Part shown: positions 22,059-32,857 of the stretch, piece after piece
Layout of the letters: each line of letters opens with the position of its first letter
Position numbering within the stretch: the first letter of the stretch is position 1
The notes under the pieces: generated by a model
Told to the model about the DNA's origin: nothing
The model's database searches: none
What the model saw: the letters and a program-made list of their open reading frames with translations, nothing else
Origin: Trichomonas gallinae
Taxonomy: Eukaryota
Direction of reading: 5' to 3'
NCBI GenBank assembly: GCA_008369845.1
Contig: MRSU01000862.1
Span: 1-56,107, forward strand
Length of the DNA: 56,107 nt
Position numbers and translations under genes: made by a program

Positions 22059-24711
22059 TAGTGAAAAAAAAATTTTTCTTTGCAAGTTTTTGCTAGGAAA
22101 AATATCCTCAAAACATACTAAAAGTTATCCACGATTTACTAGAAATTGGGTATCAATTTTTCCTGATTCCTCAATTTTTTGTATGATTTTGAAATGTAAA
22201 TATACATAGATACGCATATATCTTCTGTTGTTTAATTTTCAAAAGATTTTATAATACACATACAGCTTTTCTGAAATTTTTGTATAATTATGAAATGCAG
22301 ATATATACATAGATATGGTAATACTTTTTGTAGCCAAATTTTCAAAAGATTTAATGAAACGCATAAAGCTTTTCTGAAAATATTGTGTGTTTATCAAAAT
22401 TTGAAAATACGAAGTATTGAAAAGTGAAAATTGTATGAGTTCCCAGAAAAACATTTTGAGTCTTCTCAATTATTGATGTCAGAATCTATTCAATTTTTTG
22501 AGATTCATTCTATTATTCTCAACTAAAATTTTCGATGTAATATTGTTCCAAACATCGCATATATTCTTTTACTGTTGTTTTTAGCGAAAAAATTTCGTCA
22601 TTTGAACTTTTGGGTTTTTCTCAATTTGAGTTGAACAATATTATCTATGCTATTATCTGATGATTTTTTTCACATAAAAATTTTATTCTCATCAATAATC
22701 GATAAAATATACATAAACTCGCTAAAATATATGTTATACATTTATTAGAACACGCTAAATAAAATGAATCACCAATAGAAAATAGTTTTGAGCTGAGTAA
22801 AATTGGACAATAGATTTAATATTTTACCATATTGTCAATTTGATGATATAAATCATTTCCTCATACTGCGACGCAGTTTTTGAAAGGAATATCAACGAGA
22901 TTCGTTCAGAAAAACTGTATTTTTAATAGACTTTAAAAGTGACAATTTTTCAATGGACGTCAATGAAAAATTGCCGATTAGAAAATGATTTATCACATTT
23001 AAGCACGAGAATCCACATCAGATTAGTTTGATAATGCAGGTTCAGATCAAATTTAGCCTATTTTTTGATAATATTCATATTTTAATTTGAAATCACTTTA
23101 GATCAAATTTTCATTACCATCCATCGATAAAATTCATATATCAACGGAAATATCCGTAACAATGATATTTTATCATAATTTTTTATTGATAAGTCGTGGT
23201 ATTAGTTATAGATTTTACAATGATGACATCTTAACCAAGAATTATATCATTATATTCATGTTATCGCTTTCAGAATTATTTTCAAAACTTTTTTCTACAA
23301 AATATCAGTTTTTACTTAAAAATCATGTCATTATATCAAGATGGATGGGATAAAATTCTAAAATGATTTATAATTCCTTAACCATTGTTTCAGAATCTTA
23401 TTTTTTTCAGAAATAATTCAAACTTACATTATCAACCTGTAATCTTAAATTTATTCATGCCAACAATACCATCGTTTATGTTTCTGTTGGATTTAATTCA
23501 CCTTATGATAAATAATTACAAAATCCTACAAAAGCCCATCCTGAAAGATTAATTGATGATAGATGATAATGCGATATAAAATCCATCAAATTTTGATTGA
23601 AAAATGAAATAATTTTTGAATTTTTCAACCCATTGAATTCATGCCTATCCGTTTAAAGTAGTCGTTAATACGAATGCATTGTTCTTCAACGATTTCAAAA
23701 TAATTTTTTTTTTCAGAAAGTAGCTAATATTTCATTTTCTTTGTTATGCTATAACATTTATTGATATTTTCCACAATTTCTATGACTTCACTATGGTCAA
23801 TAAACATGGTTTTGCTTTTTTGTTTTGATAGCGATGTAATTTTTATAGATTCAGTAGGATGTAATGATTAACATATTATTACCTTCATTTCTTATTTCAA
23901 TCGTTTTATCCATTTTTCTTTCAATTTTGTCGATTTTTTTAAAATCTGTCGATAATTTTCCCTTCAAAACTTTCTCTTTCACGCATACATTTGAATACAA
24001 CAGTAATGGAGTCATTAGACTAAATATTGCTTGTTTGACATTACGCTGTTATAAAATCAACTTGTTTTGAAGAAACCAAGAAAATCCATTTTTATTGCCG
24101 AAATCTTATAAAAAAACACTTATTTATACCAATTATAATTATAGAATACATATACACCCGAAATTATACTGTGATACCTATAATTAGCAAGATATCTGCT
24201 TAATTTGTATTGAAATTGGGCAATGTTCTATGATATAGTTGTCTTATATCCTTGATATATTTTTAGTTAGGATACATATTGTATATTGACTCATACAAAA
24301 TAATGATTAACCTAATTTTAATTGCTATTAACACAATTTTTATACATTATTTTACTTTATTCCATGAATATACAAACTAAATTGTATATTAAACAACCTT
24401 TAATCGCAAATTACTTTTCCTAAATGCACATATCCTAAAGAATTACAAAATGCGTTTTCAATTCAAGTTAATCTTGCTAATTTGCAGACCAATTTTGAAT
24501 TTTATATATTGGAAAACATTTTTATAAATAAAATAAATAGATAGAAGTATGTGATATCGATAGTTTTAAATGAAAAATATTAAAAACAATTCTAAAAAAT
24601 CAAAATTTTTACAAAATTCACCGTAATATCATCTAATAACACCATAAAAGGCATATATCTATGTCAACACTAGAAAACATTCGATGGAGGAGGAAATAAC
24701 GGATATTTTCA

Positions 24712-25974
24712 ATGATCGGACCTGGAACGGAAATTGAGTCTTCTCACGTCAAATACCCGGTCGTTAAGGAGGCCTTCTCGCGTGTAGACATTGAGCAGAC
24801 GTTCGACAGCCAGGATTCACCGATCTATTGGTGGGATGGAGATATTTTTCCGAAAGATTTCAAGAACGTTGGGCCAAATCAGAGGATAAATAAGATCCCC
24901 GGCATGGACTATATATGTTACAAATCGACTTTTATTCATTCTATGAACCAAATGCGAAGATTGTTTCCAAATTTCTACAAATTCTTTCCGCTGAGCTTCC
25001 TACTTCCACACCAGTTCACAGATTTCCAGCGCGAGCACGAAAAATTACAACACGCACTCAGAAAACCTGTCACTTGGATTGTAAAACCAAGATCTGGCTG
25101 TTGCGGCCATGGAATCAAGCTAATTCAGCATGTGTACGAAATAGGTCGAAAGGCTGAATCCATTGTCATACAAAGATACGTTGCACCTTTTTTATTGGAT
25201 GGATTCAAATTTGACTTCAGATTTTACGTTTTGGTCTCTAATTTATCACCATATACAGTATATATATACAGAGAAGGTCTTGCAAGATTCTGTACGCAAA
25301 AATACGAAGCTCCAAGCCCAGAAAATTTGAACGACAAGTTTTGTCACCTTACAAACACTTCTATCAATGTGGAAAACGAGCATCCAACCACAGACTTCAC
25401 GAAGCTCGCGTCAGAAGTCTTAAAACAGATACAAGCGGTGAATCCCAAAAAAGGCGAAAATGTTTGGCGCAAGATATGCAACGCTACTGCATTGACGATG
25501 CTTGCCATGTGGTCACCGATTGTAAATTCGATCTCAAACTGCGGGTCTTCGCTTGATGCAATTGGAACAAGATATTCATATTCATCTGTTGGAGGCATCG
25601 ACAAGTACAACAAGTTCTTCCACATATTGGGTATCGATATCATGCTAAATGAGTTCATGTCACCGATAGTTTTGGAATTGAATGATAGACCTTCAATGGT
25701 TGTAACTTTCGACTGCGAGAAAGAGCTCAAAACTTCGCTGATAGTTGACACATTGAGGACCATTTCGAAGGATGGCAGCGTCATCAACCCACAGGCAACG
25801 AACTGGGAGCAGATTCTCCCTGCTGATCCATCTACACCTTTCGCTGATGTTGTCGATGAAGTCTGCAGCCAGAGCTGCTCAGTTTTGAGATCAGCAATTC
25901 CAACAAAGATGCCGAAGTCATCCATGTCATCATCAATGACAACACCACTAACATTTGCTGACACAAAACAGTGA
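24712..25974 (+). CDS. Tubulin-tyrosine ligase-like (TTLL) polyglutamylase-type enzyme
   Basis: QRINKIPGM, WIVKPRSGCCGHGI, KFDFRFYVLV, YREGLARFCT, HLTNTSIN, FHILGIDIML and LELNDRPS motifs. Confidence 0.93.
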   Translation: MIGPGTEIESSHVKYPVVKEAFSRVDIEQTFDSQDSPIYWWDGDIFPKDFKNVGPNQRINKIPGMDYICYKSTFIHSMNQMRRLFPNFYKFFPLSFLLPHQFTDFQREHEKLQHALRKPVTWIVKPRSGCCGHGIKLIQHVYEIGRKAESIVIQRYVAPFLLDGFKFDFRFYVLVSNLSPYTVYIYREGLARFCTQKYEAPSPENLNDKFCHLTNTSINVENEHPTTDFTKLASEVLKQIQAVNPKKGENVWRKICNATALTMLAMWSPIVNSISNCGSSLDAIGTRYSYSSVGGIDKYNKFFHILGIDIMLNEFMSPIVLELNDRPSMVVTFDCEKELKTSLIVDTLRTISKDGSVINPQATNWEQILPADPSTPFADVVDEVCSQSCSVLRSAIPTKMPKSSMSSSMTTPLTFADTKQ

Positions 25975-26364
25975 AATGTTTTCTTTCCTAATTATACAGT
26001 TTTTTTGTTTGCTATTATAAAGAATTTTTTTCGTTGATTTTCCATTTTACCATCACACAAATTCCTCGTTCTAACATCATAACAATCATTTCTACCAAAT
26101 TGTTGCAATAAATCTTCAAATAGATATGATATGTTGAGTTATTGAAATTAATTAATTTTTATTTTGACTAGAAAATGTATTTTGCTGGTATCACTTTCAA
26201 GTTATAGAAAAACTGCTGATATCATAAAACTAGCTAGATATTTTGCTATATTTTAATTTAGTAATTGATTCATTCTTGTGATTTTATTAAATTATGCATT
26301 TATCTTTGATTTTTTATTCATTTGACAGAAATTAAAAATATGAATAAATTTAAAAAGTTTTTTT

Positions 26365-27318
26365 TTATTTAAACATTAGTATGAAAACATATAAGAACAG
26401 TGCATATGGCTTCCTTAAGATGCAGTCATAGTTCATGATGTTGGTAACCTCGCGAATAATGCACTTTTGGTTCAAATATTCGCATTGAAATTCATTCATG
26501 AAATCAACCGAATTTTCGATCGTTATGTTCTCGAAATTTGAAGCGAATTCATTCTTCAACAAGCAGTGAACAGTGCTTATACTTGCTCGGCTGTTGTACA
26601 GGACAAACAGCCTGTTCTGCATCTCAGTATTATCAACCATATTAGACTCATAAATGAAAACTTTGCTGTTGGAAAAAATTACGCCACCTTTTGTCACAAT
26701 ATTATTCATGAAATTGGAGTAATAAATATTATAGCAAAAATCCTCTTTTATTGGGTTGTGGGTGGCTCCATATATCTCTCTGACAGTGTTGTTAACGATA
26801 TTCATGCACTTTATCGAAACATTTGAATTGCTATTTGCAATTGTATAAATATGGCCATAAACATTAAAATTAGATATATTTAGGCCTTTTATGGCAATAT
26901 TTCCAGATTGCAAGTAAAAACAAGCAATACTATCTAATTCGATAAAATCATGAGAAATAGAAGAATCAATCATATTATTTTTAGCATTTGAAGCATCATC
27001 TACTCTCGTAGTGCAATAATGGCCAATGTTTTGATCACCAATTAGGTTACAATTTCGCGAAATTATTTGTTTTTGATCCATATGACCTCTTCTTTCAAAA
27101 TAAACTACTGCTCCATATCCAGAACTCGAAGTTACATTCTCAAATAGTACTCTTTCAATAGTTAGAAAAACATTTGGGTTATTTTGTTTGAGATAAATTG
27201 CTCTTTCATTTAGATCAAAGAAATAAGAGTCCTGGACACTAGAAACTAATCCATCAGTTATATTGATAGGACTACTGCATCCAAATGGATGCCTTTTGAA
27301 TTTCAAGCTTTAAATCAT
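26365..27318 (-). CDS. Asn/Ile-rich trichomonad protein with a hydrophobic C-terminal tail (possible beta-helix surface protein); in-frame TAA at codon 3, possibly a pseudogene
   Basis: Long open frame with beta-helix-like NxSxxN periodicity. The ATG at 27318 reads ATG ATT TAA AGC TTG AAA into the same frame. Confidence 0.55.
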
Positions 27319-27641
27319 TTTTTTGACATTTTGTCAATTTGACAAATCTTTTCGACAATTGACAGCAAATTTGACAAATCAAATAATAAAATATTTTTAC
27401 TATTTTGAGTTACAACAAATGAGTTGGACATTACAAATGAGATTACATAGTTCTAAAATATATGCTTATTATGTTTGATGCTAGCTTCTTATCTTATGCC
27501 ACCAAAATAAATTAGAAAAAAATATTTTTGTTCTTTTGGAGATTGTTTGCTGTTATTAATGTGATCAGATGAATTTCTCTTATAAATATCAATATGGTTA
27601 TAGAATAACAAATCAAGAATTTGATGTAGACATTTTTGCCA

Positions 27642-28652
27642 ATGAATTACGTGTCAAATTGCAAAGTTTACGTGTCAATTAGCCATAAACATTATCCAAA
27701 AAAGTTGACTGTATATGTTAATGGCATCAAATACACCATTGACACAAGTCAGTCCATTGCAATGGTTGGTGACACATCACACACAAAGGAAAACGGATGG
27801 GAAGATGCAACAAATCATCCTTCAACAATTAACATTGTTTCATCTGTTTCATATGGAGGAACAAATTACCCTGTAACTATTATTAGTAGTTATGCATTTC
27901 GTCAAACAAGTGGCGTGACTTCTATCAATATTCCGGAAGGAATCCAACAAATTGGGTATCTAGCATTTGATTATTCATATATGCAAATAACAGAACTAAG
28001 AATACCGAACTCAGTCACATTTATTGATTCACATGCATTTGCAACCAATTATATTTCTCATGTATTTATTGGGACCGGTTTAGCCAATGTTGGCGAATAT
28101 GGAATTTTTGCAAACAACCCACCTTTGATGAAAATAATTGTTGATGAAGAAAATCCAAATTTTTGCAATGATGAACAATTTGCTTTGTATTCAAAAAACA
28201 AAACCATCTTATATCAAGCTTCAAGCTTTGAAAAACACTTTATCATCCCATCTACAGTTAATACTGTTAAATATAAAGCATTCGATGGATTTTTGACTGA
28301 ATCTATCCGAACATCTAGCAATATTTCTTCTTTTACAACGTTGTCTATATATCGTATGCCTCAATTAAGCGTTCTATATTTATTAAGCGAAATCCCTGCA
28401 ACACAAACAAAAATTATTTATCTTGCACCAAATTTGAGATACATATATTATTATGCTAAGACACCTTTATCGCACACATTTACTTATGAGTGTCCAAGTA
28501 TTAAAAAGATCTATGTTGTTGATCCAGATTTTAAAATCATCAACGGAATGAACACAACTCTTCATTCGTATCAATATTGTTTCACCTGCAAAGTCAATAA
28601 TCCAAAGCAAGGAAACTATATTATTGCAGTCATGGTGTTCATATTATTATAA
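27642..28652 (+). CDS. BspA-like (TpLRR) leucine-rich repeat surface protein, copy 1
   Basis: VTIISSYAF, TSINIPEGIQQIGYLAF, LRIPNSVTFIDSHAF and IIVDEENPNF...LYSKNKTILY motifs; TC...hydrophobic tail. Confidence 0.9.
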   Translation: MNYVSNCKVYVSISHKHYPKKLTVYVNGIKYTIDTSQSIAMVGDTSHTKENGWEDATNHPSTINIVSSVSYGGTNYPVTIISSYAFRQTSGVTSINIPEGIQQIGYLAFDYSYMQITELRIPNSVTFIDSHAFATNYISHVFIGTGLANVGEYGIFANNPPLMKIIVDEENPNFCNDEQFALYSKNKTILYQASSFEKHFIIPSTVNTVKYKAFDGFLTESIRTSSNISSFTTLSIYRMPQLSVLYLLSEIPATQTKIIYLAPNLRYIYYYAKTPLSHTFTYECPSIKKIYVVDPDFKIINGMNTTLHSYQYCFTCKVNNPKQGNYIIAVMVFILL

Positions 28653-28794
28653 TTTTTCTATTTTGTTATTTTTGATAAACACATATAAAGCATATTCTAT
28701 GAGATGAAACTTGTCACAGCGATATTAGGTTGTAAATATGGTTCTAATCATTATATATCTATATGAAAGATATATTTCTGACATTTGACAATAA

Positions 28795-29803
28795 ATGACA
28801 AAATTATTAATTTACACGTCAATTCCATAACCTTAAACATTTTCCAAAAAAGCTGACTGTATATGTTAATGGCATCAAATACACCATTGACACAGGTCAG
28901 TCCATTGCAATGGTTGGTGACACATCTGGAATAGATGGAAATGGATGGGAGAATGGAAAAAATCATCCTTTAACAATTAACATTGTTTCATCCGTTTCAT
29001 ATGAATCCACAAGTTATCCAGTAACTATTATTAGTGATGCTGCTTTTCATCTCTCAACAGGAATTACTTCTATAAATATTCCATCTGGAATTCAGAGAAT
29101 TGGTCATTTCGCGTTTGATTTATTACATTTGAAAATACCAGAAATAACAATCCCAGATTCAGTCACTTATATAGGGGATCACGGATTTGGTTCGAATAAT
29201 ATTTCCAAAATAAATATTGGAACCGGATTATCAAGTATTAGCGATATAGGAATCTTTGCAAATAGTCAACTATTGATGAAAATAATTGTTGATGAAAGAA
29301 ATCCATATTTTTGCAATGATGAACAATTTGCATTGTATTCTAAAGATAAAACAGTCCTTTATCAGGCTACAAGCTATGCTAAACACTTTATTATCCCACA
29401 TACCGTCATAACATGCAAATTTAAAGCATTTGATGGCTTCTTGACAGAATCTATTCGAACTTCAAGTGCTCTTACAACATTTTCGGAATATTCTATCACT
29501 AACTCGCCTAATTTGAAGGTAATTTATCTTCTGAGCGAAATTCCTGCAACACCGAAAAATATTATTTTTATTGCACCAAATTTAAAGTATATTTATTATT
29601 ACGCTAAAACACCTTCATCACACACATTCACTTATCAATGTCCAAATATAAAAAAAGTTTATGTTGTTGATCCAGCATTTAAAATCATCAACGGAATGAA
29701 TACAACTCTTCAAAACTATCAATATTGGTTCACTTGTAACAGAAATAATCCAAAACAAGCATATTGTCTTGTTTCTTTTGTCATTGTTACATTATTAGAA
29801 TAA
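28795..29803 (+). CDS. BspA-like LRR protein, copy 2 (tandem paralog; 5' end frameshifted, first in-frame ATG at 28910)
   Basis: Collinear with copy 1 over its whole length. Homology extends upstream of 28910 (KKLTVYVNGIKYTIDT), but the ATG at 28795 is out of frame. Confidence 0.85.
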
Positions 29804-29938
29804 TAATTATCATTATGAACTAAACATTTTCCATATCATATATTTTCCCCATATAAAATAAAAATTAATATAACAAATTTAAATTTAAGTACATCTAAAA
29901 AAATAAATAATAATAAAAAATAATATAAATATAATCTA

Positions 29939-32857
29939 TTAAATAATTTGTATCCTGAAAGCTTTCTTGATGTTACTCGCTGTTCCTTTCGGCCTCAAAA
30001 TGTCACCAGTTTGACGGCTCGATAATAATTCAGCGTGAAAAGTGTTTGTTGAATCGAATTTGATAGGAATAAATTCTAGCTTAGTGTATTCTTCTATCTT
30101 GAAAATATCTGTGTCAATTGGCGAAACTTTATGAAGTGTGAACATAAAATTCTGAATCGACTTAGTAATCTTGTGCATACTCTGGAACGAACGCCCTATA
30201 TATGTGACGAACGCTTCAAATACGCCAGGATACGGCTCAGGGACGATACTTGAGATAATTTGAACTAAATTTGCATTAAACTCAGGAGTAATCACCTTAA
30301 AGTCGACAGCCATGTTCATGTACATCATGATGAACTCGCAGATCTTGTCATACACTGAATTGTGCACTTGGTCAATTAAAGCGCTAAATGTTACGCCCAT
30401 TATAGTATTGAAGGTCTCCTTGTAGACCTGCACAGCCAAATGCCCGTTTGTGTTCTGTGCCCTTCTCAGCAATGTCGCCCAGCACTCGAAGGCTGCGAAG
30501 TTCACATCCCTACCAATGTAATTAGGAATTGTGTTCTGGAAAATGGTAACGACAAAATTAGGATCGACGACAGTAAAATCGAACTCTTTCAGCATGTTAA
30601 AGATTAATTCCAATGGAGGAACTTCTAACTGCAGAGCAGGCTGTATGAACTGCTCCATAATTGCTGGGAATAGTGTATTGACTTCGTGGAACTTTTGCCT
30701 CAAAATCGCAATGAACTGGAATACTACTGTCTGAGCAATCAAAGTGCCAGGAAGCATGTTTAATGTGTCAGCGAGAACTTGCTCTATCTGGCGATAATCA
30801 GTTGACGTCATGAGCGAGCCAAACGTTAATAGCATTGAAGTGGAAATGTCGACATATTCGGGAGCTGGATAAATATTCGGCCCGATATATATCAAAATGG
30901 GTACAAATATTTCAGCGATGTGTGGGCCTGCATTACCAACAGCTTGCACTGTTTCTGTTATAATGTCTAAAGCAGTAGAGGCCTCCTCCATTATGTTTTG
31001 ATCTTGAGGGGTCTCGCTGAATGCTTCTATCTTCTGTTGTATTGGCAAAAATAGTTCCTTGAAATATTGCGGAATTGTTTCTGGCGGGAATCTGACAATA
31101 AGCCTCGAACAGATAATATATAAGAGCCTGATACTGTCTTTATCTGCATTTTCGAAGAAATTGTCGGAATTACTGATAATTGTTGAAGCTAATTCTAAAT
31201 TGTTGTCCAGGAAAGATTTTTCTTCACGGCACACAGTGTAAGCCAGTGCATTGACAGCAGCAATAGCCACAGTGGACTTTCCGATGCATTCGCAGATGAA
31301 ATAAACAGCTTCGACGAAAACTTCTCTGTTTGATTTGAGATAGCGTGCTGAGTGCGAGACAGCACACAAAAGAGCAATTAAGAATGAATCCGGTGTTTCG
31401 TCATTAACCATATTAAGTAAATCTGGCACGCATTCAAAAATTGGGCGAGTTTGCTCATCTGTTTCTATTGCAAACTCTAATCCAGCTAAAGCAACGCAAA
31501 GATTTTCTGATAATTCTTGATTTGTAAGAAATTCAACCATATTCTTGGAATCTATCTGAAGGAGCATTGACCAGCAGCTTCTGACCTCTAAAGGAATAAG
31601 GCCTTCTTCATCGAGCGTTTTTGGTAAGATTTGATAAATTGATTCGCGCATTTGTGGAAAGAAGTCTTTGAAGAAGTCATATATGGGGAAGAATCTTGGA
31701 TTTCTTACTTTTTCGAAATAGATTTTCCTTGTAATATCATTGAATAATTTCCAAAAATCGCTAGTAATGTTTTCTGGACTAGAAGACAATACAACTTGAA
31801 ACAGTGTAGCAATCATTCCAGCGAAATTTTCTTTTGAAACCTCGAACTCGTTCAAACTTTGCATAATTGAATTTGATTCGGCCATCATATCGGCATAATC
31901 CTCTTCTTTTGCGTCCTCAGGTATTGGAAAGAATATTAAATCGATCAAAGACAAAAATCTAGCCAAAAATTTCGTTAAAAAGATTAACACATCAACATTC
32001 GCAGTCACAGGAAGAGTTGGATTGACTGGATCAGCGACATTTGACATTCCAAATATAACAAGCGGCGCGTATTTCCTGAAACTCATGTTAGAATCTGTTC
32101 TCTTAATGAAAATCGTCTGCAAACATTCAACACTTGGCTTCTGAGTGGCTTTAACTCCTAAAAAATCGATGCAGAAGCCTTTCATGATGTCAACATTGAT
32201 GATATCTTCAAGGTTGCACCAATTTAGCAAGCAATTAAAAGCACGAATTGCAAATGGAACAACATGTTCAATTCCAAATGACGAAACAATGCAATTATGC
32301 ATAGACTCCGTGTTTCCGATGCATAGTTCGCGTAGTTTTGTGATATGTCCTGCATTTACATAATTGCATCCTTCGATTTCTGTGCAAAACTTTGTAAACA
32401 GCTGTAATCGTAACGATCTATTTTCCAGTGGTGTTGATTCATCAAAAAAACAGCAATCGGTGAAAAATGTTTGCCATTCACTTAATGCGACAAAAACTGC
32501 AATTTTGCCTATCGAAATTGATATTTCTTCGTTGATATTCTCGTTGTTTTGACCGTTAAAATAAGAATCTAATAGACTTGCGATGATTTGCTGATGATTT
32601 TCTGCGTTAAGGCTGCCCCATTGCGTGTAAATATTTCTTTTCATAAACGCAGCTGCCTTAAACTTAATATTTGGATTTGAAGATCGATTTAATATTACAA
32701 CACTATCATTTAAAGCGAGCGGACTCATGACCCAGTCATTTATCAATGCATTTGCGAAGTTTATGTCTTCAATCTTGTTCAAGTCATTGACTCCTAAAGC
32801 AATTTCGATTTGATCAAGATTTGGAGAGGTTTGCATATTTTTTGGAGAATTTGACAT
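29939..32857 (-). CDS. Karyopherin-beta family HEAT-repeat protein, exportin-1/CRM1-like
   Basis: Importin-beta N-terminal-like segment (ILNRSSNPNIKFKAAAFMKRNIYTQWGSL), WQTFF, AFNCLLNW and an all-helical 970-aa body. First ATG at 32857. Confidence 0.75.
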   Translation of the reverse strand: MSNSPKNMQTSPNLDQIEIALGVNDLNKIEDINFANALINDWVMSPLALNDSVVILNRSSNPNIKFKAAAFMKRNIYTQWGSLNAENHQQIIASLLDSYFNGQNNENINEEISISIGKIAVFVALSEWQTFFTDCCFFDESTPLENRSLRLQLFTKFCTEIEGCNYVNAGHITKLRELCIGNTESMHNCIVSSFGIEHVVPFAIRAFNCLLNWCNLEDIINVDIMKGFCIDFLGVKATQKPSVECLQTIFIKRTDSNMSFRKYAPLVIFGMSNVADPVNPTLPVTANVDVLIFLTKFLARFLSLIDLIFFPIPEDAKEEDYADMMAESNSIMQSLNEFEVSKENFAGMIATLFQVVLSSSPENITSDFWKLFNDITRKIYFEKVRNPRFFPIYDFFKDFFPQMRESIYQILPKTLDEEGLIPLEVRSCWSMLLQIDSKNMVEFLTNQELSENLCVALAGLEFAIETDEQTRPIFECVPDLLNMVNDETPDSFLIALLCAVSHSARYLKSNREVFVEAVYFICECIGKSTVAIAAVNALAYTVCREEKSFLDNNLELASTIISNSDNFFENADKDSIRLLYIICSRLIVRFPPETIPQYFKELFLPIQQKIEAFSETPQDQNIMEEASTALDIITETVQAVGNAGPHIAEIFVPILIYIGPNIYPAPEYVDISTSMLLTFGSLMTSTDYRQIEQVLADTLNMLPGTLIAQTVVFQFIAILRQKFHEVNTLFPAIMEQFIQPALQLEVPPLELIFNMLKEFDFTVVDPNFVVTIFQNTIPNYIGRDVNFAAFECWATLLRRAQNTNGHLAVQVYKETFNTIMGVTFSALIDQVHNSVYDKICEFIMMYMNMAVDFKVITPEFNANLVQIISSIVPEPYPGVFEAFVTYIGRSFQSMHKITKSIQNFMFTLHKVSPIDTDIFKIEEYTKLEFIPIKFDSTNTFHAELLSSRQTGDILRPKGTASNIKKAFRIQII

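Noticed and set aside
23400..24110. Possible decayed gene on the minus strand and a hydrophobic 68-aa ORF on the plus strand
   Set aside because: Only short broken frames with no recognisable motif; the hydrophobicity reflects T-richness.
24661..27318. Genetic code reassignment of TAA suggested by the in-frame TAA codons
   Set aside because: Many intact genes here (UBR, glucokinase, GT77, kinase, IBD) end at TAA at the expected C-terminus, and long ORFs contain no internal TAA.
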